DNA of 64,000 nucleotides from Piromyces finnis finn (Eukaryota; Fungi; Neocallimastigomycota). The translations under genes were made by a program, and so were the position numbers. The stretch spans positions 434,001 through 498,000 of the forward strand of contig MCFH01000032.1 of NCBI GenBank assembly GCA_002104945.1, in the 5' to 3' direction. Shown here one piece after another: positions 31,051 through 40,700 of the stretch; the first letter of the stretch is position 1, and each line of letters begins with the position of its first letter. Under the pieces are notes generated by a model. The model worked only from the letters and a program-made list of their open reading frames with translations, had not been told where the DNA came from and did not search any database.

Positions 31051-34000
31051 ATGAAAAACGCAGGTAAGTCGCCTAACCCTCGGGGTGTCCATAAATTGGA
31101 CACAAAAACATCATTCGTAAGGGACGGGACCCGTCCTGACGCGGCGAGCGCGGATGGCATGGATGGTGTAGAGGGAATGTCACGGGTTCGAACCCCGGTG
31201 CTTCTCGAAAGCACTGAGGTCGAATCTAATCAGAATTTACAGGTTCAACAGGGGGATTCTATGCCCGCCCCTGTTGATCCTTCTTTCTTTTTTACTAATA
31301 ATAGTGAGGTAAACCCAATGCAACACATTGAAGTTCTTCTTAATAGATGGGTTTCGGAAATATCTAGCCAGTTTGCTAGTATGGGAAACCGTCTGGGTGC
31401 TATGGAAGAACAACTGCGGGGTATTGAGGTTTACAAGAGCGAGATAAACGATGCTCTTCAGCAAAAATTTGTTGAAGTGGATCAAAGGTTGGAAGCAAAT
31501 GAGTCAGCTAGCCAAGTTAGCTTGGAAGAGCTGCATGCTGTGGAAAATGCCTTTACCGCAGAACATGAGGAAAGGTTACAAGACCACCAGCAAGTGCTAA
31601 ACAACCAAGAAACGTTGTACCGTCAATCTAGTGCCTTTGTCTCTTATAAAAAAGAGCTTGAAGAAGAGATGGCCAGATTGAGGGAGCAACGAAACGCTCT
31701 AGAAGAAAGAGAAAAATTGTTCGAGGCTAAAGTCGAAGCCATGAACAGAAGAGCTGAAGCCAGAGCTCATGAAAGAACATCCTATCAAACCGGTGGTACG
31801 GGTAATCCTCATGGTGCTGGAACTAGTAGCAGCACCAACCCTACGGAATACTCCGAGGATGGGGACGTGAAGATGTTCGACTGGCGAGTACATAGGTATG
31901 AAGAAAAAGTGCCTATGTTTGATAATAATGGGATAGACTTAGAGGGTTTTCAAGAGAAGTGCTTACGTCATTTCAAACGTTATCCATATGACTATGGTAA
32001 CGACGAAAAGGCAAAGGTTAGCTTCATTGAAGATCATCTAGGTGGGAAAGTATTGAGATGGTATAGACTTAGAGAGAGGATGCTGCAGCGTAGGAATCCT
32101 GATGCTGAAAGACTATTCCTCCACCTTCAAGATAAGTTTCCACCAGAGTCTCCCCATGAACTCTGCAAGTCAAAGTTGCTTAAACTCACACATGAGTGGG
32201 GAAAAGCATACGACTACTTGGAAGAGTTCAATGAATTGACGGAAACACTTGGGCTTCCTGAAAATGTTAGGAGACAGGTGTTAATACAACAGGTCAGGCC
32301 TTCTGTCAGGGAAGCGTTCTATGATATCCCTGAACAGGAACGTACGCTGGAAACATTAAGTGAAGTCTTGTTAAAGTGCGATGATCACCAAGCAGTCTTC
32401 CGTAATGAAACCATAGAAAAGTACGACAAAAGAGACCGCCAGACCACTATTATGGCCTTGTTGGACATCACAGACCCATGTAGACCATCTAGATGGGCTG
32501 AGTTAAAGCAGAAGAACAACAAGCCAAATAATAAGCCTAAAGTTGAGCAGACCAACACTCAGGCTTACGCAAAAAACAATAACGGTATTAAAGAACGTCG
32601 CGAATCATTAAACAAGTCAAGCTTTAGAAGAAGTTCTAGCTTCCAACCAAGGCAAGGACCTTCTAGTATGGGAAATAACCCATTACCTAAGGCTATGGCA
32701 AGTCAAACGACGGTTAATAACAGCTACTACAGTCAGAACCAATTAGTAGCTGAAATAAATGCAAGAAGCAACCCTCGAGATATAAAAAGGGTAGAAGTCT
32801 TGTATGATACTGGTTCCACTACAAACCTCATTCACCCAAATTTGGCAAAGAAGCTCGGGTTAAAGGTAGTGGACAAACCAGCCATATTCAGAACTGTGAA
32901 TGGAGATATCGAGTTAAAGCAGTTCTCAGATGACTTGCAGTTGAAGTTATGGTTAACTCCATCTGGCGAACAAGAAGCTAAACCATACTGCTTCAACACA
33001 AGTTGTCACCTATCCGACAACATGCCGGAGACGATCATTGTGGGACTGGGCTTCATGGATGAGCACTTTATCTACAGAGGTTACGATAAAGATGCACAAG
33101 TGAGGTACTTCGTAGTTGATAATGATAAGGATAAAGGACATACCAACAGTTATGGTGTGAATGGTGGTGACATCTACTACTGTACTCAATTAAGTCCCAT
33201 AAATACAGTTACTAATGCAAAAGCAAGAAGGCCTCTGGTAACTGTAACCGCAGAAAACATTGAAGCCGAAATCGTGGGCAATGGTAGCCACAAGGCTACA
33301 AAAGAAACCAGAAACGGAAGTTCCGGAGGGTTGGCATCGAGTTCCAACTTAGAGAAAACTTGTGTTTCAGTAGGGTTGGTACAGAGTGTTGACTTAGAGA
33401 AAAAATGTGATTCCGGAGGGTTGACATTTGAATCCAACTTAGAAAAAACTTGTGTTTCAGTAGGGTTGGTACAAGAGTCGAACTTAGAGAAAAATCACAT
33501 TTACGTAGGGTTGGTACAGGGAGAAAACTTAAACGAAAATCAACCCACACCTGAAGAAATCGTGGAGAAGTACTACCACAATTTCAAAGAAGCATTTAAT
33601 GAAGAAATAGCTAACCAGCTACCAGAACACCGTCCTTACGACTGTAAGATCGACCTGGAGCCGGATGCTAGTCTTCATAAAGGGCCTATATATCCCTTCA
33701 ATCCAGAAGAGGAAAAAGCACTGAAGGAATATATAGAGGAAAACCTGGCAAAGGGCTTCATCAGGAAGTCAGAGAGTCCTGCAGGTTATCCTGTGTTATT
33801 CGTGCCCAAAAAGAGTGGTGAAAGACGATTATGTACTGATTATAGGCGTCTTAATAAGGTAACAGTGCGTAACTCCTTTCCCTTACCACTCATCAGTCAA
33901 GTGTTTGAGGCTATGAAAGGCGCGACTATCTTCTCCAAGTTGGATTTGAAGTCTGCCTACAACCTCGTGCGTATTCGTGAAGGTGACGAATACAAGACGG

Positions 34001-36546
34001 CATTCTCAACCAAGTTTGGGCATTATGAATATCTAGTGATGCCATTTGGGTTGACTAATGCTCCTGCCACGTTCCAAGGGTTCATTAATACGGTGCTGGC
34101 AGAGGAAATCAATGATTGCTGTCAAGTGTACTTGGATGATATCATCATCTACTCCAAGTCACTTGAAGAGCATGTAGGGCATGTAAAAAGAGTCCTACAA
34201 AAGCTAATAGATAATCGTCTAGTAGCTAAGTTGGCGAAGTGTGAGTTCCACAAGGAAGAACTTGCATTCCTGGGTCATGTAGTTGGAAAATATGGTATTA
34301 AAACCGACCCAGAAAAGTTAAAAGCTGTAGCAAGTTGGCCACAACCAACCAACATTAAAGAACTACAGTCATTCCTTGGATTCTGCAACTATTATAGGAA
34401 GTTTATAAAGGACTTCTCTAAGATAGCAAGGCCGTTATATGCTATGACGTCCAAAAAGGTACAGTTCCTGTGGAATGAAGAACGCATCCAGGCGTTCGAG
34501 AAGTTAAAAGAAATGCTGTTGTCTCCACCAGTATTAGCATATCCTGACCATGACCGTCAGTTCATAGTGGAGTGCGACGCTAGTAACTACGCGGTGGGCG
34601 GTGTACTATCACAACTAGGCGATGACAATGAACTACACCCTGTGTATTACTATTCCAAGAAGCTTACGAAAGCAGAAATCAACTACTCCATCACGGAAAA
34701 GGAGTTGTTGGCTATTAGGAATGCTTTCATCGAGTGGCGACACCTGTTAATGGGTGCGAAACATAAGGTCCTAGTATATAGTGACCATAGGAATCTCCTG
34801 TTCGCCACAAAACCACAGTTGTTGACAACAAGACAGGCAAGATGGCAAGAGCTGTTTGCTGCATACAACTTCGAAATAATATATCGGCCAGGGAAAATGA
34901 ATGGTAGAGCCGATATCCTATCAAGAATGGTATCTCCAGAACAGGTACAACTGGAGATGGAAAAAGCTAGCCTCCTTCGACCTGAACAGGTAAAAGAATT
35001 TCCATCCGTGGAAGAAGAGTGCTATGCGATGTTAGAAGTAAGCTTTGTGGGAGAACTGAAACAAGCTTACAACACGGATGAGCTTGCTAGGGAAATTAGA
35101 GATGGTCTTGACGTAAAACGAGGCCACAAGCTCATCAAAAAGAAGTGGTTGATGGTTAATGGGTTGATTGTTAGAAAGGATGCACCAGAACGTACATATG
35201 TACCAAAGGTGTTAAGGGAAACAATCATAAAACTTAATCACGATAGTGAAACAGCAGGTCATCTGGGAAAAGATAAAACTTATGACCTGATAGCCAGAAA
35301 CTACTACTGGCCAAAAATGAAGGATGACATTGCGGGATATATTAAAGCTTGTACCACATGTTGTACCCAAAAGGACAACAGACACAAGCCGTACGGTAGC
35401 GCTGCTAGGGTAAAAGTTGCAGACTTACCTTGGCAAGAAGTAGAAATTGACTTCCTGACGGACTTACCTATTAAGGAACGTAGAAAACCAGGTAGTAGTC
35501 CCTCAGAACCCCCAGAAGTCACTAGAAGAGGTTGTATCATGGTTTGTAGCGATAAGTTAACCAAGATGATACACTTAGTGGGATTTAGGAGTATGCCTAC
35601 TGCTAAAGAGACAGCCTTAGCATACTTACAACATGTATTCAAGTTACATGGTTGTCCCAAATCGGTTACTACGGATCGTGGTGTCCAGTTCACTAGTAAG
35701 TTGTGGAAGGACATTATGGGGTTCTTTGGCGTAGAAGTAAACCTTGCTACTACTGACCATCATGAAACAGTTGGTCAGGTGGAACGTAACAACTCCTACG
35801 TAAGTATGTACCTTAGATGCTTTGTGAAGACCTTTGATGACGACGAATGGTTGAAGTACTTGTACTTAGCTGAGTTCTGTTATAATAATACAGTGCACAG
35901 TTCTACTAAGCAGCCCCCATTCCTAGCCTTGTATAACTACCAGGTACATATGAACCCTCAAGACTCAGAACTTGTCCACTCACTTGGTGAAGCTCCTATA
36001 TTAGATAGCTTCGCTCACAACTTAGGTAACTTAAAGCACATGTTGGACATATCAAGAACACGGTTCTTAGACCATTTGGACCATAGAAGAGAACTTAACT
36101 ACCCTAAAATTAGGCTCCTGGATTTGGTGTGGTTAAGAAAACCAGAAAATTACAACCCTCTTCCCTTCTACAAGCTACAAGCAAGAAAGTACGGTCCCTT
36201 CAAGGTTATTGGAATTGATGAAAGCAAGCTCAACTACCGGTTAGATATCAGCAAGTCACCTTTCCCCAATGTCTACCCTGTGTTTCATATCAGTGAACTT
36301 GAACCCTACCATAACAAACCTGAAGAACTAACACCTGCACCAGTGGGCTACCAGAAAATTATCAAAATCATGAATGCCAGAAGAAAGAAGGATAACTACC
36401 AATACTTAGCTACCTTTAGTGACTTTAGACAAGAGTGGGTTGATGCCGATATCATTGACAAGAACTCCCACTATGATAAGCTACTCAAGGAATTTCAAGA
36501 TAAATGCTACCAGGAATTCATGGTTAGTGTCCAAAACCCTGCCTAG
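31051..36546 (+). CDS. gag-pol: Element C Gag-Pol polyprotein, 1831 aa
   Basis: LYDTGST, YLDD, ECDASN, HDSETAGH..CTTC, DRGVQF and GPF motifs; degenerate chromodomain KIMNARR..YQYLATF..EW. Confidence 0.97.
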   Translation: MKNAGKSPNPRGVHKLDTKTSFVRDGTRPDAASADGMDGVEGMSRVRTPVLLESTEVESNQNLQVQQGDSMPAPVDPSFFFTNNSEVNPMQHIEVLLNRWVSEISSQFASMGNRLGAMEEQLRGIEVYKSEINDALQQKFVEVDQRLEANESASQVSLEELHAVENAFTAEHEERLQDHQQVLNNQETLYRQSSAFVSYKKELEEEMARLREQRNALEEREKLFEAKVEAMNRRAEARAHERTSYQTGGTGNPHGAGTSSSTNPTEYSEDGDVKMFDWRVHRYEEKVPMFDNNGIDLEGFQEKCLRHFKRYPYDYGNDEKAKVSFIEDHLGGKVLRWYRLRERMLQRRNPDAERLFLHLQDKFPPESPHELCKSKLLKLTHEWGKAYDYLEEFNELTETLGLPENVRRQVLIQQVRPSVREAFYDIPEQERTLETLSEVLLKCDDHQAVFRNETIEKYDKRDRQTTIMALLDITDPCRPSRWAELKQKNNKPNNKPKVEQTNTQAYAKNNNGIKERRESLNKSSFRRSSSFQPRQGPSSMGNNPLPKAMASQTTVNNSYYSQNQLVAEINARSNPRDIKRVEVLYDTGSTTNLIHPNLAKKLGLKVVDKPAIFRTVNGDIELKQFSDDLQLKLWLTPSGEQEAKPYCFNTSCHLSDNMPETIIVGLGFMDEHFIYRGYDKDAQVRYFVVDNDKDKGHTNSYGVNGGDIYYCTQLSPINTVTNAKARRPLVTVTAENIEAEIVGNGSHKATKETRNGSSGGLASSSNLEKTCVSVGLVQSVDLEKKCDSGGLTFESNLEKTCVSVGLVQESNLEKNHIYVGLVQGENLNENQPTPEEIVEKYYHNFKEAFNEEIANQLPEHRPYDCKIDLEPDASLHKGPIYPFNPEEEKALKEYIEENLAKGFIRKSESPAGYPVLFVPKKSGERRLCTDYRRLNKVTVRNSFPLPLISQVFEAMKGATIFSKLDLKSAYNLVRIREGDEYKTAFSTKFGHYEYLVMPFGLTNAPATFQGFINTVLAEEINDCCQVYLDDIIIYSKSLEEHVGHVKRVLQKLIDNRLVAKLAKCEFHKEELAFLGHVVGKYGIKTDPEKLKAVASWPQPTNIKELQSFLGFCNYYRKFIKDFSKIARPLYAMTSKKVQFLWNEERIQAFEKLKEMLLSPPVLAYPDHDRQFIVECDASNYAVGGVLSQLGDDNELHPVYYYSKKLTKAEINYSITEKELLAIRNAFIEWRHLLMGAKHKVLVYSDHRNLLFATKPQLLTTRQARWQELFAAYNFEIIYRPGKMNGRADILSRMVSPEQVQLEMEKASLLRPEQVKEFPSVEEECYAMLEVSFVGELKQAYNTDELAREIRDGLDVKRGHKLIKKKWLMVNGLIVRKDAPERTYVPKVLRETIIKLNHDSETAGHLGKDKTYDLIARNYYWPKMKDDIAGYIKACTTCCTQKDNRHKPYGSAARVKVADLPWQEVEIDFLTDLPIKERRKPGSSPSEPPEVTRRGCIMVCSDKLTKMIHLVGFRSMPTAKETALAYLQHVFKLHGCPKSVTTDRGVQFTSKLWKDIMGFFGVEVNLATTDHHETVGQVERNNSYVSMYLRCFVKTFDDDEWLKYLYLAEFCYNNTVHSSTKQPPFLALYNYQVHMNPQDSELVHSLGEAPILDSFAHNLGNLKHMLDISRTRFLDHLDHRRELNYPKIRLLDLVWLRKPENYNPLPFYKLQARKYGPFKVIGIDESKLNYRLDISKSPFPNVYPVFHISELEPYHNKPEELTPAPVGYQKIIKIMNARRKKDNYQYLATFSDFRQEWVDADIIDKNSHYDKLLKEFQDKCYQEFMVSVQNPA

Positions 36547-37074
36547 GTTTTCTCCTTAGGGGGGCAGTGTAAGAAATATTTGTGGCCATAAGTTTGACCA
36601 CAAATATTTCAATTGAAACCATATATTCTGGTCACCATTTATTGGCCAAATATATGCATAACCATATATTAATGGTTATTAATTAAATAGGAAGTTTATT
36701 TGCTTTACCCAATCAAGTGGTAAAGAAAATAAACTCATATAGTTAAATAGTATAGTTAAAACTAACGTTAAATACTTTAGCGTTAGTATTAAAGTAAATT
36801 AATAACTATAATAATAATTAATGTAGATAATTATAATTAATAAATAAAAGATATAATTAAAATATAATTATTTAAGTAAAAGTTATTTCATAAAATATTT
36901 ATATAAGTGTTTATATTTATTTTAGTGTTATAATATTTATTTTCCTTCTTTTATTATTTTTTATAAAACTTTATTTAGTTATTAACTCGTATAGAGAGGT
37001 AATAACTAACTTAATTAACTAATTTAATAACCTATTAACTAATATTATAATAAACCTTTTACAATAAGTGAGTA

Positions 37075-37156
37075 GTCACTTTGGCGGAGTGGTTAACGCG
37101 GTGGCCTGCTAAGCCATTTCCCTTTGGGAGCGCAGGTTCGAGTCCTGCAGGTGACG
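37075..37156 (+). tRNA. tRNA-Ser(GCT): tRNA-Ser (GCT)
   Basis: Acceptor stem GTCACTT/AGGTGAC, anticodon GCT at 37108-37110, long variable arm, GGTTCGAGTCC B box, G73. Confidence 0.97.
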
Positions 37157-37166
37157 AATAATTATT

Positions 37167-37239
37167 GCGAAGTTGGCGCAGTCGGCAGCGCGTAAGTCTC
37201 ATAATCTTAAGGTCGTGAGTTCGAACCTCACACTTCGCA
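37167..37239 (+). tRNA. tRNA-Met(CAT): tRNA-Met (CAT), elongator type
   Basis: Acceptor stem GCGAAGT/ACTTCGC, anticodon CAT at 37200-37202. The TTCGAAC T-loop lacks the A54 of initiator tRNAs. Confidence 0.95.
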
Positions 37240-37250
37240 AAGTTTATTAC

Positions 37251-37259
37251 TTTTATTTT
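37251..37259 (+). terminator. Probable Pol III terminator of the Ser-Met unit
   Basis: TTTTATTTT is the first run of four or more T after both tRNAs. Confidence 0.55.
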
Positions 37260-37777
37260 GATTTAAATTAAAAACTAATTTTATGATTAAATATTATTAT
37301 TATAATATTTTATATAACACCAACACTTTATAAATAAATATTTGTATAATATGTATATATATTATTTTATATTTATTTATTATTATTTATTTATTAATAT
37401 TTGTTATTAATATTTATTATTATTTAATACAAGTTATTTAATAATGTCTTTTCTTATATTATGAAAAGAACTACATTTTAATAATAGTAAAAAATATATA
37501 TTTATATATTATTAAATAAAATTATACTTTTCATATAATTAATTTAATTAATACATAAAAATTTAAATAATATATAATTATATAATTAATTAATAGTAAA
37601 TAAAATATAAAATTATTTCATTATAATTTTAACATTCTCCCAAAAGTATAAATACTTTTATTTAATATTCATTTAATATTCATTTAATATTCATTTAATA
37701 TTTATGTAATAAATTATTTCTAAAAATAGACATTTTTGTAGCATCCAAATATTTTGTGAAACCATCAGCAATGTTAT

Positions 37778-40700
37778 TTAAGGACTTGATATATTCCAAT
37801 TTAATTTTTTTTCTTTTACCATTTCTCTTATTTTATGATACTTAATATCAATATGTTTTGATTTTGGATTAATAGTATCATTTTCAGCATTATAAATTGC
37901 TGCCTGGTTGTCAATGTTTATTACAGTACATTTATGAGTTATCCCAAACTCATTAAGTATGTTTGCATACCAAAGTGAATGTTTTCCGCACTCACATAAG
38001 CTGTAATATTCTGACTCAGCTGTAGAGGTAGCAATACAATGTTGAAGTTTCGAAAACCAACTCGTGGGACCACTTCCCATGAAGAAAACAAATCCGGTGG
38101 TTGATCTTCTGGTTACTTTGTCACTACCGTAGTCTGCGTCTACAAAGGTCTTTAAAGAAGCTTCGCCTGAATAGAGCAATCCGTAATTAATGGTTCCTTT
38201 GTGGTATTTAAAAATTTGAATAACATTCTCCCAGTCTTTAAAAGTAGGTTCTTGTGATTTTCTGGCTGCTTTGGTGACTAAAAATAAAATGTCTGGTCTA
38301 GTAGATATAGCAAGATATAGTAAACTACCAATGGCTGCACGATACTTTGTTGGGTTATATTTTTCTTGTTTATCATCAACTTCGTTTGCTGGTTTAGGTG
38401 TTTTGCAAGGTTTACAGTTTTCTAAGTTGAATTTTCTTAAGATATCTCTAAGGTATCTTTCTTGGTGAAGTAAGTATCCATTGTTTAATTTTTCAAATTT
38501 AATTCTAATAATAAAATCTGCATATCCAATATCGGTAACTTTGTATCTTTTCTTTAGTAATTCTTTAGTTTTATTTATTTCATAATTGTTACCTGATATT
38601 AGGATATCATCGACATATATTCCTAACAAACATTTTATATTATTGTTATCATCTTTCTTAACGAAAATACAGGGTTCACTTACCAGTCTTTTAAATCCAA
38701 TATTAGTTAAAGTATCAGTTATATTATTATTCCATTCTCGTGCTGCTTGCTTGAGACCATAGAGTGCCTTATTTAGTTTCCAATAGCCTTTTCGGTAAGT
38801 AGAGTCTCCTTCTGGAGCATACATATAAATACATTCATTTAAGTCAGCATATAAATAAGCTGCCTTTATATCTAATTGATGTATATAAAATTTCTTTTCT
38901 GCTGAAATAGCTGTAAGAATTCTTAGTGAATCATGTTTTAATGTTGGAGAAAATGTTTCTTTGTAGTCCGTACCGTATTCTTGAGTGAATCCTCTAGCTA
39001 CTAAGCGTGCTTTATACTTGGTAATGTTTCCTTTGCTATCCCTTTTAATTTTGAACACCCATTTTGAGGTAATTACATTAGTATTTTGTGGAACTTTGTT
39101 TATTTTTTCATATACTTTGCGTTCTTTCATATTGTTTAATTCATCATTTATAGCGTCAAGCCATCTTCTTTTATCTTTTCTCTTAAAGATTTCAAAAAAA
39201 CTTGTTGGTTCTGTTATTTGGTTATCTGTCGTTGATGATTTATCAACGTTATTTATTTCTTTTCTTATTCTTTTACTAGTTGTATACTTTTCATTATTAT
39301 CCAAAATTTTTCTTTTGTTCCTTGGATAATTTGGATATTGTCTTTGTTCTACATCTAGTGAATGGTTTGGAATATAGCTTAATGAGTTATTATTTTTTTT
39401 TTGTTTATTTTTATTTAATTCTGATAAACTAATTCCATTGTCCAAGTCTTTAGCCTTATAAGAAATTTTGTTCTTAGATTTTCTTTCGCTTTCAATTATT
39501 TTATTTATCCTTTCTTCTTTGTTTAAGAATTTATTTCTTTTAATTTTAATTTTACTTTCATCTTCACTTTCTTCGTCACTGTCGATTACTTTTCTTTTAT
39601 TTTTCTTTTTATGAATATTATTATTGTTGTTTTTAATTTTATAACTGTTATTGTCTTTCATATTATTAATGAAGTTATTATTTATATTATTATTTATATT
39701 ATTCTTATTATGTGAATTAATAATATTAACGTTGTTATCGTCATTATTATCATTAAATTTATTTATATGATTTATATTATTAATATCATTATCATCATAT
39801 ATTTCATTAATATTTTTATTTGTTTTATTTAAATTATTATCTTCTTTTGTATTATTATTTTTATTTTTTATTTTATTTTTATTTTTTATTTTATTTTTAT
39901 TTAAATCATTACTTTCATTTGAATTATTATTTTCATCTGAAATATTGTTTTTATTTGGATTATCGTTTTCATTTGAATTATTGTTTTTATTTGAATTGTT
40001 ATTTTCATTTAAATTATTATTTTCATTTAAATTATTATTTGTGTTTAAATCGTTATTTTCTTTTAAAATATTATTTTCATTTAAATTGTTATTTTCATTT
40101 AAATTGTTATTTATATTTAAATTGTTATTTATATTTAAATTGTTATTTTCATTTATGTTATAATTTTTAATGTTTTCTTTATTATTATTGTTATAAATAA
40201 TATTATCCTTATTATTATTACTATTAATGCCGATATAGTTATTGTTGGCATTATATTTTATTTTATTAAAATTATTTGGAAAATCATTGTTATTAATGTT
40301 TGATGATATGCCAATTTCTATGTCCTGTTGAAGACTTTCGTTATCGTCCCCCTCCATTTCATTGATTAATGAATCATGATCGATGAAATTGACATTTTTG
40401 ACGTTATCATCAAAATTAAAATTACCTGGTTGGTCTTCTAAAAATTCAACTACTCTTTTGATGACAATTTTAAAAGAATTTAAGTCAAAAATTCTGAATC
40501 CGGTAGAAGTGTCATCATAACCAATAAATATGCCAGGTAGCGAAGTGCTTTCAAATTTGTGTTTTTCAGTGTTACGTTTAAGATGTAACACTTTACATCC
40601 AAAAACACGAAATTTACTGTAGTCTACTGGGATATTATATAACATTTCATAGGGTACCTTCAAGTCATTTCCATTGTGAGGTAACCTGTTATGTATATAA

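Larger units (their letters stand above)
30254..37063 (+). mobile_element. Full-length Ty3/Gypsy element C (chromovirus-like, related to A)
   Basis: Two 496-bp LTRs (30254-30749, 36568-37063), identical by eye; PPT TTAGGGGGGCAG; TSD ATAAG at 30249-30253 and 37064-37068. Confidence 0.97.

Noticed and set aside
31237-35714. Several 60-136 aa minus-strand ORFs within C, and similar ones within A, B, G and K
   Set aside because: They overlap long conserved ORFs, have no motifs, and are expected by chance.
39820-40170. ORFs 39820-40170 and 39945-40163 (Tyr/Phe/Leu repeats)
   Set aside because: Antisense shadows of the Asn repeat in the Copia polyprotein.
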